64,000 nucleotides of DNA from assembly GCF_009914755.1 (NCBI RefSeq), contig NC_060939.1; one strand, given 5' to 3'. Below the pieces are notes generated by a model, which saw only the letters and a program-made list of their open reading frames with translations, was not told the DNA's origin and ran no database searches. The stretch comes from the human T2T-CHM13v2.0 reference genome, Homo sapiens. Shown here piece after piece: positions 37,410 to 53,860 of this stretch. The position numbers were made by a program, and so were the translations under genes. How positions within the stretch are numbered: position 1 is the first letter of the stretch; each line of letters opens with the position of its first letter.

Positions 37410-39825
37410 CTCTAAACCCACAGAAAGAAAAACATATAGTTGGACCACAGTAATTGGTGGCTTTTCAATGGTGTGGCTCATTCCCTCGGCCTCTCCTACT
37501 CCTGGTTCCCTTGGAGTCTCTAGGCTTCTTGAAATTGTTGAGTGGAAGGGTTTGATCCACGTGCTTGGTACCATGAGATGGGCCTGGGGCTGCCTCACCT
37601 TTGGTACTTTTCCAGCTTGGCAGGACCAGGTGGGTCAGGCGAAAGGGGCCTAGGGATCTAGGGAGATGAGTTAGGCCAGTCTTGCTCTAGTCTCTAGCAA
37701 TGGAGGAGGGTGCTCCATTCCTCTGCTTTATCTTTGTACCTCTTCTTGCTATTAGAGGAGTAAGACTCCAAAGGCTCAAATATGATGCCTGAGGGGGAAA
37801 GGGGTCTGAAGCTACATTTATTCTGGGTCTCCAACCAGAGAAGAAACTCACTCTGTTTGCAGGTTACCAGGGTAGAAGTCCACTTAGGGCTACGGTAGAA
37901 ACATATCAACATACATTTTCCTGAAATGCTCCCACTGTTGATCATCAACAAACTTTTTAAGCTAATGAGGAAATCAGGATTGCAACCATCTCTACCTTTT
38001 CCATCAGAAAAATAACTAGGAATAGTCATTACTATCACCATGTTATAGGTTTAAAAAGGTTAGAAGGGTTAAGCCCTTTAACCATGGTCACACTGCTAGT
38101 CAACAGCAAGGCTGAAATTTATAACCACATCTTTCTGGATACAAGACCCATGCTCATTTATTTGGGGGACATATGTATTCCTTTTACCAAAGGGAATATC
38201 CACGTCTTACTATCTGTTCCTTGGTACCATAGACACAGCTAGAGTGGATGAACTTTGGGCTGGACCCAGGATCATAAGATTTCTATTCTTTTCTTAATTT
38301 GAAGTGTAATACCTCTGAGCTTTCCAACTTCTAAGGGAAGGCAAGAAATGAAAGACAGGCTGGGTGATTTATATAAAGTGATAATGTGAGCTCATCTCCT
38401 TGCGGCCATCATTTTAGTCTGCAATAAAAGTGACTGGTCTGACACCCTCCACTTCCTGAACATCCAGAAGGCCTAACTGCTTGGACTCCCAGACATAAAG
38501 CTCTCTGTTAATGGACCTGTCAATTTCTTAAAGTGAGCAGTTTTTCATAACACTCCATAAAACCAAAAAAATAAAAAATAAAATTAAAAAAGAACATAGC
38601 ATTTAACATGAAAATATGAGTATCATTTATTGAGCATGAGCTAAAAGCAGCAGAAAAATGAACTGACAGATGAGCAGTGGTTGGTGATAGAAAAAGAAGG
38701 ACTCAGGAAGGGGGTTCTTTACATATTAAACAGGGCCCCTATTTTTAGCAAATTAAAAAAAAACAGACATTTATTATAAACTTCGAAGTAAAAAGCTTTA
38801 TGTTATAATAACAATCTAGTATCCTTGTTATGATAGATTTACTAATCCCAATTTAGACTCTCAGAGATCAGATTCATGTCCCGTAAAACATATAGGGAAT
38901 ACATTACTGAGCAAATCTATAGCAATAGATTACATAAATATCTATGCCCTATTAAGTTTTCAGTTATAAACTATGGTTTATTTTTGAGCTGTTTTAATTC
39001 ATGAAATTATTTACAAGTTTACAGACACCAAGAAACAAACTGGATATACTGTGTTATGCAAATGTTATTCCAAATATGGAAGTCATAAGAATAGACTGCA
39101 TCTAGTGATCAACATATAATTATAAAGAATATTTCAGAGCTTCATTAATGGCAGCTGTTCACAAGATAGTTGGAAGTTTTCAATGATTTTATTACTTCTC
39201 TATAAATACAGCTGAACTTTACAAAGTTCATCCTCCTTTTACATTGTCCTATTGTCGTTTGTCCCCAAGGTTTAAGTTCATTCAAATGTAATTTAGAGTT
39301 TCTGTGTACATACTAAATAAAATCTGAGCATATAGAAGCTAACGTCAATATGATGGACTTGTCTTTTTGGAGAGGTAACGTAACACAATAAACAAGCACT
39401 AGAGTTTGAGTTAGTTGAGATGGTTAGAATCTCACTCTGATACAAACAAGCTGGGTGACCTTGAGCAACTCACTGGGTCCTACTGCGTCTGTCCCACATA
39501 TGGAAATGGATGTCATCTCTGCCTTACCACTATCTTAGGTTTGTTATGAGGACACGGGAGATGGTTATATGAAAATACTTTGTCCCCTGAATGAAAAAAA
39601 AAAAGGACATCATGAGAAACACAATTATGTTTTTGGAGAACATTCCATTGACAGAGAAACAGCAATCAAGGGCAAACATTCTCCAACAAGAAGGTATTTT
39701 GGTTCTACATGCCTAGGGCTATCATAGAGTTATGAAAACATTTGAATGCCATAAAGCACTATTAAAATGGTATATAATAACAATAGCAAGAACAATATAG
39801 CAAGGAATCATTACTGAATCATGAA

Positions 39826-40029
39826 GCAGAAAAAATGCAGAACATCCAGTTACATTTGAATTTCAGACAAACTATGATTTCTTTTACTATAAGTATGCCT
39901 TGTATATTGCATGAAACATACTTACACTACAAATTACTCACTGTTTACTTGACATTCAAATTTAACTGGGCATTCTGGTTTGTTAGTTTGTTTTTGGGGA
40001 GGAAGAGGGCACTAAATCTGGCAATCCTA
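39826..40029. mobile_element. MER53 palindromic hAT MITE
   Basis: ccagttacatttgaatttcaga pairs with tgacattcaaatttaactgg; tataagtatg pairs with catacttaca; end aaatctggcaatccta. Confidence 0.85.
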
Positions 40030-41234
40030 AAGGCGGAAAGGCTTTGAGAATTCTTTGTCCCCCTTCCCTGAGCATGACAAACCATCTCAATCATTCAGAG
40101 AATGTATTTCTTGCCTTATCTCATTTTGCTCATCTCGAATATTAAGGGTTTCAAGGATATCTTCTTCTGACCACTCTTTTTATGTCTCCTTCAGCGCATG
40201 CACCACCATACATCGTTAGAATATTATCCTATAGATTCAATTATGAATTTGTCTCCCCAACTTAACAGTGAATCCATTGAGGGAGGGACTCATTCATTTT
40301 GAACACCCAATGCCTGGTTCAACGCCTGGCACAAATTAGGTATTCTGAAAATATTTTATGAATTGAGGATTAGAGATTGTTTTTCTCATTCCACGCTCTC
40401 ATTATGGAAAACCTTGCTCATATCTGCTACTTAAATGATGAACCAGTGTACAAATCAATAATCCATGTCTCTCTGATCTGACCTTTCCCATTGACGTCCA
40501 GATCCATCACTCCAGTTGCAACAAACTATTGGCTGTCTCAACCTAGATTCCCACGGGCACCTCAAATGCAACATGTCCAAGGCTCGATGCATCATCTGCC
40601 CCTTCTTTGTTGGTGCCATATCCTGTAACCCAGGCCAGAAACCCAGAGTCCTTCTAGACTACTTTCTTTCCCTCATCACTAAGGCCTTTCATTAAAAACT
40701 TTTGAGGAGGTTTAGAAAGGAAAGTTCTGATTCAGTTGGTTTGGCCTGGGGCCAGGGAACAGGTGCTTTTTAAAAGTGCTTCATTTGATTCAGTGGTATT
40801 TAGAAATCAATGTCCTATAAAATATAGCAAAAGACCTACCAACAGCCTTTCTCTACAGGCTTCCTAATTCCATGTGAAACATGAAAATATCCCCATCTAA
40901 TTTGTACTTATAATTGAGAACCTTATTAGATTTTGACATGAAATACTATTTTCATTCATGTATGGGAATGTTTTGAAAGTGTTCTTTGCATGCTAGATGT
41001 GATTTGGGATAACCACCCTCCCCAACCCCCTAGCACACACACTTCAACAAGTTATTTCTCATTACATAATGAAAATTGTTGCCAAAAAATTCAGTATTAA
41101 AAAGGCATGCTATAAGTAGCCCTTATTTGGTAAAATATTTGTTTTATTACAAGTTTTCCCACCTAGACTCAAAAAATACTACTCGTTAGAAACAAAGAAG
41201 ATGGGAAAAATAAAGATTTTAGATTATTTGGAGC

Positions 41235-41237
<3 letters not shown>

Positions 41238-41313
<76 letters not shown>

Positions 41314-41318
41314 ACACA
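41238..41318. repeat. (CT)n(CA)n compound microsatellite
   Basis: About 13 CT followed by about 27 CA units. Confidence 0.97.
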
Positions 41319-41407
41319 GTTTGTCAACTGGGGATTTATGGTCCCCCCAACTTATCCATAATCTTGCTTGAAGTAAGCCCAGGCTAGAACTTAATTGTGA
41401 GTACTCA

Positions 41408-41932
<525 letters not shown>

Positions 41933-44900
41933 TCATACAGAAATCGTAACTGAAAAATCTTGCAATCAGTGAAAAAAAATGTTTTTTCTAAACTTTTTAA
42001 ATAAATGGTTTGCCCAGGGGTAAGACCTTTATACTGTCTTAGCCAAGAGCAAATTTCCCTAGACAAATTGGCTGGCTGCTTCTCGAATTCATCTCAGCTG
42101 AAATTCAGGCACTTTTATTATTGATATTATCTGACCATGTTTTTTTTTTTAGCCACATATTTTGTTTCACTGGAAGAAAATTAGATTATATTAGATTGTG
42201 TACAACACGGAGCTTCAAAACATCCACCCTGTCAAAATAATTTCTTAATTAGTTGTACAACATACTTTTTTTGAGACAGAACTTGTCAGAAAAACATCCT
42301 GCAGTGGGGAGCTTAAGTGAATTCATTCTCAGGATTTTAATAAGACTATATTTTGCCTTCTATATGTTGAGAGAAGAAAGTAATTGTCTGGCAATTCTTT
42401 GCTTCCTTGGAGACCTGCTTCAGATTTTTTTTTTTAAGTTTCAACTACTGTTTAGAAAGAAATTGCTTACGTTTTGGTTAATAAAATAAAAAATGCATTA
42501 GGTCATTAGATGTTAGGTTGGTGACAAGACTAATATAATAAGCTACTGAAAAGAAAATTAAACCCTCCTTCTCAAAACATTTGTCCATGAGTTTTTATAA
42601 AACAACTGATTAACTACAAGGGTCCAATTAAAGAATACACCATTCTTTATTGCAAAAGATTTTTAAACATTTTACCACTTGGTCTCTAAGTACTTTAGAG
42701 AGTTTGCTTCATCCACCAAAATTTATATTAAGCCCAATATATCAAAACGTTTTGGGTTTAGAAAACAGAGGATTTGAATTTTCAACCTCATTTAGTCATG
42801 GCATTTCTGAGTAATATTAAGAAAGCCACTGAACTTTTCCAGACCTCTTTTGATCCACCTGTAAAAGAGTTACAGAGTTCTCATGAGGAAGAAATATTGT
42901 CATAACTGTGGGCAAGCTTTAAAATTTCAAATGCAGTAACATCAGCAACCATTTACTTACTGGGTGTCTACTCTATGTAAGGCACCAGATTAGATGCTGT
43001 ATTTTTAAACCTCATAAATGCAGTATGAACCAGGAATTCTTATCCACAGATTTTAAATGAGGAACTCAAGACTCAAATAGGTTAAGGCAAATTGCCCTGT
43101 GTCAAATACTTAAGCAGCAAGAAAACTAAGATTTGAACCTGTGTCCATGGGACCCAGGCCTGCCACTGCCACTTTCTGCTCCCTTCTCGTACTTTTATCC
43201 CTCAAAATTATGGCCTGTACTTTGATAGAGGGCAGAGGAAAGAGTCCACAGCTAACCCCGTTGGCTAGCACACATCAAGGGGTCATCGAAATAGCTTGCT
43301 CTTGAAAAATTCATGCCTTGGAGTGTTGCCAATCACCAGCATGAAGAGCAAACTGGAACTGGGGAGCTGGGCTCAGCTACTCAATCTCAATTCACAGAAA
43401 AGTTGTAAAATGGGACCCTTGGTTTTCAGCCTCAGGGTTTCCAAAGCCATAGATGGCACTCTTAAAAACAGAGGCAGTTCTTCTACTCATTATGATTCAA
43501 TACAGTGGCCACATTGTAATTATATGTCTTGTTTGTCAATGCACATGTTTGATGAGTACCTGTTTTGTGCCAGGAGCACTGATAGGTACCCTGAGGACTC
43601 GATCCCTGCCTTGAGATAGGGCAAAAAAGCAAAAATAAAACATATGAGAAATGAAATGACAATACGTGATTAAATTGTTCAAGAGAATAGTCAGAAGCCA
43701 TCAGTACCCATATAGCCATTTGTATGGTGCAGATAATAATGTGCTGTAAGGCGATGGTATCAGGGAGCGGGGAAGAGGAGGAGATCCTTCAAGCTAAGAG
43801 TGTTAGGAAATGCTTTAAGGAGATCAAATTAACCCTTTATGGCAGAACATTTTCATTTTCTCCCATCCTAAGAGCATCTATTCTTCAGTCCTTGTGATAT
43901 CCACAACACATCTATTGGCTAAAGCTCCTCGTTCTATGCGTAAAAGAGCTACACGAGCACATTAGGGCTAGTGTATCATTAATGCCTATTTTGTTAAGAA
44001 ATACAAATCCAGGTGACAAAGCATTAGGCACAGCCTTGGAGAACAGATGGGAGAATGGAGAGAAGATTTCTGGGAAGGAAGAGAACAGTACATACAAAAG
44101 CACAGAACAATAATGGTAATGCATCATCTAGCAGGAAGTGGAACTGTTGGGAGGAATGGTTGGAGGTGAGACTGGAATGCTAAGTTAGAAGCCCTTGGAG
44201 GCTAGGCTAAGGAGTTGCAATTTCATCATATGGGCAACTGAGCGTTACTGAGGTTAGGGGCTCAGGGTGACCAGAGATAACTTTGCTGATGAACCTAGGG
44301 AGAGAAAAGGTAGGAGCGGTGAGTAATCATGCCAAATGCACTGATAGGTTGAGCAAGGCGAAGATTAAGAATCCACCACTGGTTCTAGTTATGTGACATT
44401 AAAAGGGGTGTGTTGGTGCAGTTTTGATGGTGTATACGGGGCAAAGACCTCACTGGGGTGGTTGAGGAGAGATAAAAGAAGAGGAATTTTCGATGCCAAG
44501 TACTTAAAACTCGTATAAGGAATTTTTTGACAAGGGGAACAATGAAACAGGGGAGGGGAAGTGAGGTCCAGAGAAGGTTTTCTTAAGATGAGAAAAAACA
44601 ATAGCACATTTATAGGAATTGTCCAATAGAAGAGATTCGTGGAGCAGAATTCTTGCATAAGCAGCAGGAATAGGATGTAGCACAAGTAAAGAGGGATGAC
44701 TGGGCTTTGGATAAGAGCACTGACAGTTCAGCTCTGTTAATAGGTGGGAAGACCGAGTCTAGGAGTCACTGGAGGGTCTAAGTCAGGAATGCTAATGGTG
44801 CCTGTTTTTAAAGGGTAGGGGCAATGTTAAGGAACTTGGTTTCAGAACATTTTTGTTTAATACTTTTTCTTAGGTAGGAAGTGTACTGAAATTTTTTACT

Positions 44901-45929
44901 GTATCACTTTCTGAGAATGATTTTGCTTGAGTCCAGATCAGACTGAGCCTCTCTCAAATAATTGGAATTCCACAAGGGAAGTTCTGAGTGGCCCTTACTG
45001 TCCTGCCGAATAGCATTTAGCTTTATTTATTGATTTCTACTTTGATATCCAAAATAACATTATATATTCTGTTCTAACCTAATTATATTCTTTCTAAACA
45101 ACTTAGAAATGGTCCCACTTAGGTCTCCAAAAGAACCTGTAGGCAGTGACCAGATGCCTAAACCTCCCCTTAATCTATATTTATCAACTACAGTCAACTT
45201 GACTCATTTAGTAACGGCTGTCTGCCACTTTATAATCATCATCATGGAACATCAGGTATTCATTCATTCCACAAATATTCATATAGTGCCTTACTATTCA
45301 TATAGTAAAGGCCCTGGGACAGCCCCTTTACTAGGCCTGGAGGAACAGCATGGACAAGGTAAAGGTGCTGTCCTCAGACAGCACAGTTGAGTGAGGAGTG
45401 ATTACAGTTAAGCAACTGATTCCCAGTGCTAGGTCTGAGGACATTCAGAGAACAATGAGAGCACCTCAGAAGGTTTGGCATGCACAAACTGGGGAATAAT
45501 AAGCATTAAAATGGTAAATGCATAACCAGTTTACAAACTCACACGGCATACTTTAAGTTCCCCCTTGAAAAAGAATCCCAGTAATTCCATGGACTTGGAG
45601 AAATTCATTGCTACTCTTGATCACTTTGGCTGATGACTTCACTGGTAATTTATTTATTCATTTAACAAGGATTTACCAAGCACAGAGATATTTCGTGTCC
45701 AGCTGGTACCCTGGGAATACAACGATGAAGACAGTGAAATTCTTTTCCTCAAAAAGCTCATTTTTTCTATTCCGCAGGTCCACCTTCACACAAGCGGGAG
45801 TTTGGAGCTTCTATGCCTGCAGAGTTTCTATCTCCCATAGCTAGCTATGGGAGAGTAAAAAAAAAAAAAAAGAATCGATGGAGAGATACGTCCTCCCCAT
45901 GCCTTCATGGTTTATCAACATCCTCCTTG

Positions 45930-46670
45930 AAATGCAAATCAAAACCACAATGAGATACCATCTCACACCAGTCAGAATGGCTATTAAAAAGTCAACAAAT
46001 AACTTATGTTGGTGAGGTTACAGAGAAAACAGAACATTTATAAACTTGATGGGAGTATAAATTAATTTAGCCATTGTGGAAGACAGTGTGACAATTCCTC
46101 AAAGAACTAAAAACGGATATACCATTCAACCTAGCAATCCTATTACTGGGTTTATACCCAAAGGCATATAAAATTATTCTGTTATAAAGACACATGTGTG
46201 TGTGTATATTCATTGCAGCACCATTCACAATAACAGAGACACAGAATCAACCTAAATTCCTGTCAATGTTAGACTGGATAAAGAAAATGTGGTACATATA
46301 TACCATGGAATACTATGCAGCCATAAAAAAGAACAAGATCATGTCCTTTGCAGGAACATGGATGGAGCTGGAGGCCATTATCCTTAGCAAACTAATTCAG
46401 GAACAGAAAACCAAATGCCACATGTTCTCACTTATAAGGGGGAGCGAAATGATGAGAACTCATGAACACAAAGAAGGGAACAACAGATGCTAAGGTCTAT
46501 CAGAGAGTAGAAGTTGGGAGGAGAGAGAGGATCAGGAAAAATAACTAATGGGTACTAGGCTTTAATACTTGGGTAATGAAATAATCTGTACAACAAACCC
46601 CCATGACACAAGCGTACCTACGTAGCAAACCTGTACATGTACCCCTGAACTTAACGTAAAAGTTAAAGAA
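45930..46670 (+). mobile_element. L1PA13-16-like 3' end, 5'-truncated
   Basis: ORF2 C-terminal [19 protein letters not shown]; 3' UTR ggatcaggaaaaataactaatgggtactaggc. Confidence 0.9.
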
Positions 46671-48771
46671 AATAAGACATAAGTAGAGATAAAATTAACG
46701 ACAATAATCATAAAGTGAAAACTGAAAGCAAGAAAAATCCAAAATAAAATCATCCTCACCCTCCATGGCTCAAATCAAATGCCAACTCCTTCACAAAGCC
46801 TCTCCTAATAAAGCCAAAGTGACCTATATATTGTTTAAGCCAAGGCCCCTCATGTGGGAGTTTCTGTGGTCTTTAATGAATGAACTCTGAAATTATACAT
46901 GTTCTAAACACTTATATGCCCTGCTAAGTTCCAGGTTGAGGTGAAGTACTGTTTCTGATCTACTTTTACATCTGACAAAGATTTGATTCAAGAATTTTTA
47001 TATATTAGGTGGTCAATGAACATTTGATGAATAAATGAATTAAAACCACAACTTACACCAATGGCCTTCTCTTTCTTTTATTTCTTCCTTATTTCTATTA
47101 AACGTACGTATTTTCAAAATATTGTTTCTGTATACTACCTATGCATTTTCTATCGGTAGAAGTAATATATTCATTGAATACCCAGGTTGATAAAATAGTG
47201 AAAGAAGAATTAAAAACATCTATAATCTCATCACCCAGAATATAGACACTGTTTGACGTCTTGGCATGTTTTCTTTCAGTCTATGTGTATTCAGGCTTGA
47301 AACTAAAGTTCTATCATGCTCTATATAAAGCTTTGTATCCGATCTCAGAGATGGTATTACAACCAGAATGTCAACACCAAAAAAATTTTAGGCTGAATTA
47401 ATGCAAATTAGAAGAGGAGGCTGTCCTAGAAGATTCTTGGATTAAATCAGAGGATGTGGTTCCATCCATTAATCCCACAATCTACTGATATAATTGGCCT
47501 CTTGGGACCTCAGGTGTTTCCTCATCTGTAAAATGGAGGTGGGGAAAATCAATGACTGAGTTCTCATCTCTGATGTAATACAATTTAACTCCATTACATG
47601 TGAAGAAGTGGCATGCACTATTATTTGGTGTAGTTACACAGAAATCTCAAGGCTATTAATACAACAACCTCCTTTCCTAAATGATAAAATTGACACTCAA
47701 AGAGGAAAGTCCCTGTCAGACTTTAGCTCCAAAATAGTAATATCCAATTCCAAGTCTGTTCATTTTTCTCAGTGCTGGGATGTTTATCAGAACCAAGCTA
47801 AGGTGGGGCCATGTCTAGCTACGGGTGATAGGACAAAGCAGGAGAGAGGCTCATCAATGCCAAATCAGCTTCCAAGCCATCTGTGGTGATGTGTTTCTCA
47901 ACACTAGGATGGATGTTGGTTTGAGAAAGCAAGTGAGGTACAGTCGTTTTCAAAAGGAGCTTACATTCTCATCGAGAAGACAGACTTATCACACTACCAC
48001 ATGCTGTCCGTGGTGATTTACTAGGCAAGAGCCAATAAGCTTTGCAGGACAGGGCTGATACAAGCTGTCACGGCCAGGTGGAAAAGGTAAAGCCAACAAT
48101 TAGTGGAAAAGCCGGGAGAGAGCAGGTGGGATGCCAAAACCTGGGAGCATAGCAGGAGCTCAAGGCCGGGGTATGACCAGGTGTAGGGAACTAGAACAGC
48201 CAACAGAAGACATCCAAGTCCCAGCCTGACAAATGCCAGAGACCGGCTTCTTTGCCAATCTGAGTTCCAAAACTGGGGAGCGAACAGCCAAGGTGTACTC
48301 CCTAGGGCTGAAACATTGCTTTGGGCCAAAGTGCTGGCACTCCTTTTGATGAGTCTGCTCTCCTGAGCCCCCGCACCTGCAACTATCTTCAAGAATGACC
48401 TCTAACTCGACATGACCCCCAATTCCAGGACCTGCGTTATAATATGATGGCACTGTAGAATTGGGCTGATTTAGACAGGATGGTTTTAGGTAAGAGACCC
48501 CACTTCTCAGCCTCACACCCAACTCTGGTGTATCCACCTCTTCAGGCCCACCTGACAGATTTTAACAAGGTCTGTGGGGAAAGGATAGGACAAAAATTCA
48601 AAATCTCATATTTTCTTTTATAAAAGAGTTCATAGGTTAATCTCTAAGTTTCTAAGTATATTTTCAAATATATCACCAGATGGGGTCAGGAAACCAGGTT
48701 TGTGGTCACTTCCCTTCTACGGAAGTCAGTTTCTTTCTATATAAAATAAACGAACTAGATTTTGTCAATTT

Positions 48772-49398
<627 letters not shown>

Positions 49399-49850
49399 TC
49401 AAATTTCATTTTTTAAAATAAATGTTCATTTGACATAATTTTAGATAAGAAAAGTTACAAAGATAATGCAAAGGATTCCTGTATAATGTTTACGCTGTTC
49501 CCCCTAACGTTAACATATAACCATGATCCATTTGTCAAAACTATCATCAGACGTTATCAACTAAAACAAACTTTATTCATATTCCACCAAATTTCATTTT
49601 GACCCCAATACCATTGTTTAAAACATGAAGATCTTTAATTTATTTTGCTGTTTATTTTTTGATATAACTTTTAAGGGCCTATTTTGGGGTAGAGGAGATC
49701 TAGTGGTAATTAATTCATACTTTAGGAAGATGCTCAGGAAAAAATTCTGAAATGGCAAAGAGATGTCAGTCAGAGCTTCTGGTTTAGAGACTGAGGGACA
49801 AAGGCCTTCACTTGTAGGGACTAGGGCTGGTTATTGTAGGTAAAAGATGA

Positions 49851-50134
49851 GGCCGGGCACAGTGGCTCAAGTCTGTAATCCCAGCATTTTGGTAGGCCGA
49901 GGCGGGTGGATCACGAGGTCAGGAGATCGAGACCATCCTGGCTAACACGGTGAAACCCCGTCTCTACTAAAAAATACAAAAAAAAAAAGTTAGCCAGGAG
50001 TGGTGACGCACATCTGTAGTCCCAGCTCCTCGGGAGGCTGAGGCAGGAGAATTGCTTGAATCCGGGAGGCAAAGGTTGCAGTGAGCCAAGATCACACCAC
50101 GCACTCCAGCCTGAATGACAGATCGAGACTTCGT

Positions 50135-50167
<33 letters not shown>
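49851..50167 (+). mobile_element. Alu (AluSc8-like) with long pure A tail
   Basis: Left arm gagatcgagaccatcctggctaacacgg; S-type right arm gaattgcttgaa...ggttgcag. Confidence 0.9.
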
Positions 50168-50169
<2 letters not shown>

Positions 50170-52369
50170 AATACATGGAATGGTTTTACATTTTACTCAG
50201 ATGATTCTAATCTATGCCCACCCACCAAAATGTCTGAGTCTTAAAATATAGCATGGAACCCTTGCTCCTCACGTGCTGAAACACATTATGCATGTACTTG
50301 GTAATTCATTCTTTTCAACTTAGTTGTTTTTGCTTTGTATTTTCATTCTTAACAAGGATCTAGTCTGGATTAAGATGGTAAAATGTATGCAAGGAGCCTT
50401 TCATTTAAATATGCTCACTGGAGCCTTGCAATAATCACCATAAGATAATCAACCTTATGTTTTTAATCAATTTTGTATTTTCCTTCTTTCTAATTTTCTC
50501 ATTCATTTAATTTCTTGGGAAATTAAGTATTGGGAATTCTGAAAGTGATTCTCTTCAAGTGATGCTATTTCTAGCGCAACTTAATTAATATATAAAGATT
50601 AACACAATAATTTATTGAAGAATTAGGAAGACTTCTGATAAACACAAAGGCAAAGTAAAAATGTGAGGCATTGTACTGACATTTTATAAATGTTAGCTCT
50701 TTTGTTACTCCCAGGTTCCATTATTATTCCCATTCGACAGATGAGGAAACTGAGAATTAGTTTTCTAATTCTCCTAACTCTGACAAGAATAACTTGCCCA
50801 AATCACACAGCCATGGCAAACAGAATCAGGAATCTACTTTCCTCAACCTCCACATTGTACAGGGCCCTGTTCTCCCAAAGTTTGCCTACTAGTTATAGAG
50901 CCAAGGTTAACCCATACAAGACAATTAGAAAGTCAATAGTGTTGCCATTAAAAAGAATTAAGTGTGACTGTACTCTGGGAACTGTACACAAATTACATGA
51001 GTAACATTTTTATTATTGTTAACTGGTGACACCAAAGGCAAGAACTATCATCATTTGTCCCCCTAGTTTTAAACTGGCATATAATTAGTTAATGTTCCCA
51101 TCTCTTCCTACTCTTTCGGTGGGAATACTAACTCCATATACCAATTATATAAAGAAAGATGAAGGAGATACAGGCAACAGGAAGGGAGGGAGAACCATTT
51201 TGCATTTTTCAGAATCTGAATAACAGACAACTTCTAACATTTCAAGACTAGCCTAAAGGCAGAAAGTGCTTCTGGAAAAAAAAAAAAAAAAACTTTCCCA
51301 AAGTTTTGTTTTCAAAGAGGTTATAGTTTCTGAAGACAAATCCCACTATCCTTTTTCAATTCATCCTTTATTTCCTTGATAATTTTTTTAAAATAAATAC
51401 ATCTGGACAGTTTACAAAGTCCTCAGAGGCTGAAAAACTAGCTATAACAAGTACTATATTTGACACATTTTTCTTCAGGCTAAGTTAATTCATTTAAGGT
51501 TTTAATGTTTAAATAAACTGCTGCCCAATCAATAATCTACAAAATCATTCACTCAGGGAGAGGTCTTCAATCATTTTGCCCCACTTAAGGCTGATTTGTA
51601 TGACAAATGAACACATTTTATTATATTCCTCAGTCTGTTCCATGCACTCCTAAAACAGTGGTGTGTAAATTTTCAAAGAAACTAAGGCACCCCTCTTAAT
51701 ATTGTGTCACAGCAGTACTTAGTACAACCAAAACACTAAATATGGTCTGAGAATGTGACAAGGAGCACACATCAGAGAAGCATCCTTCGTTTCCTGTTCA
51801 CCACAGGAAAAGCAGCAGGGTGACCAGGCAGGAAGACATTGAGCTTGCTGCACTGACACAGTGGAAACTCCAGCCACTGACACAGTTGAAACTCCAGTTT
51901 TGCTAATTGCTTAATGTGAGACTTCAGGCAAGTAGCTTAATCTCTCTGTACCCATCTCTTTATCTATAAAAAAGATAATAATAGAACAGCTACTTCATAA
52001 GGTTGTTGTACAGTTCATATACAAATGTTAGCCATTATTATTTATCATAGAGTTGCAGAAAAAAGTGTAAATCAAGTGTATCCTTAAAAATTATATCTAG
52101 GCTCAATAATATCTCAGCTAAATGCTATGCGAGTTGCCTCAGGGTAAACTGCACAGCCCCCTCCTGAAACAGCTCTGCAAACCACCTTCTTGCTTTCTTG
52201 TAGAGCAGAGGGTCATTACCATTGTAGGTCACGGCCATCTGCAAATTCAAAATTATACTCTGTAATGAAATCAAATTTTGTATCTTTCTGGTTATGAACA
52301 ATTATTATAAAACCATCCATGATCCCATGACATATTATAGTGGGGAAGAGATAGTTCATTAAAAACATT

Positions 52370-53225
52370 TACAGGCAAAAAATCAAACCATCCCTTTAAA
52401 ACTTGGGCAAAAGACATGAACAGACACTTTCCAAAAGATGACATATACATTGCCAAAAGCCTATGAAAAAATACTCAACATCACTAATTATTAGAGAAAT
52501 CCAAATCAAAACCACAATGAAATGCCATCTCACACCAGTCAGAATTGCTATTTTTAAAAAGTCAAAAAAATAACAGACACTGGCAAGGTTGTGGAGAAAA
52601 AGGGAACATTTATATACTAATGGGAGTGTAAATTAGCTTAGCCTTTGTGGAAGACAGTGTGGCAATTCCTCAAAGAACTTAAAACAGAAATACCATTCAT
52701 CCCAGCATTCCTATTATTGGGTATATATCCAAAGGAATATAAATCATTCTTATTGTAAAGACACACGCATGTGTGTGTTTACCACAGCACTATACACAAT
52801 AGCAAAAACATGGAGTCATCCTAAATGCCCATCAATGTTAGACTGGATAAAGAAAATGTGGTACATATACACCATGGAATACTATGCAGTCATAAGAAAG
52901 AATGACTTTATGTCCTTCGCAGCAACATAGATGCAGCCAGAGGCCATTATTCTAAGCAAACTAACACAGGAACAGAAAACCAAATACAACATGTTCTCAC
53001 ATGTAAGTTGGAGCTAAAAAACAAGAACATGTGGACTCTAGGAGGAAAACAACAGACACTGAAGCCCACTTGAGGGTGGAGGGAAGAAGGGAAAGGATCA
53101 GAAAAACTACCTATTGGGTACTATGATTATCTGTGTGATGAAATTATTTGTACACTGTACCCTCATGACACACAGTTTACCTATCTAACAAACCGGCACA
53201 TGTACCCATGGACCTAAAATAAAAG
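52370..53225 (+). mobile_element. L1PA16-like 3' end
   Basis: gggcaaaagacatgaacagacac...tggataaagaaaatgtggtac...gatcagaaaaactacctattgggtac...cctaaaataaaa. Confidence 0.88.
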
Positions 53226-53828
53226 GTTTTTTTTTTAAATAAACAGATAAACATATAAAGATGTCTTAGGATGAAAGGAGTCCTGTTTTACACAGAAATC
53301 ACTTACAGCCTCTCCAACAAAGTGGCTTTAGAGCAGAGGCCAGAAATTAGTAAGGGAAGAATCTTAGCAGAGGCAAAAACAAGTTCAAAAGCCTTAAGAG
53401 AGGGATGTGTCTGCTAAGTCTGAGGAATGACAGGGAGTCTAAAATAGCAAGGAATCTAGTCTAGGACCTTGGGCAAGAGGGAGAGTGGGGGAAATGGGGT
53501 CAGAGAGAGGTGAGACCTGGCCTTATAGGGGCTTGTAGGCTACACTGAAGGCTTTGTATTTTACACTGGGTTTGAGCAGGGAGTTGACTGATCTTTTAGA
53601 AAGTCATTAACTACTGGTGGAGAAAAGATCACTGGGGCTCACTGGCAAAAATCAACAGAGGGAATGTGGAGAAAGTGGCCACATCAAGTCACCTATGACT
53701 TATCTGTGACTATACAGTCATACCATAATGGTGACTTAGGTTGTGGTGGCAATGGTGGAAGTGGAGAGAACTGTTAGATTCAGAATATATTTCAAAGAGA
53801 GTCAAAGGATGTTGTGACAGACTAGATA

Positions 53829-53860
53829 TGTGTGTGTGTGTGTGTGTGTGTGTTTGTGTG
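53829..53860. repeat. (TG)n microsatellite
   Basis: Direct. Confidence 0.95.

Noticed and set aside
52140-52245. Possible exon (minus tttgcag|ATGGCC..., plus cttgtag|)
   Set aside because: Weak pyrimidine tract or no good partner donor, and the peptide is unrecognisable.
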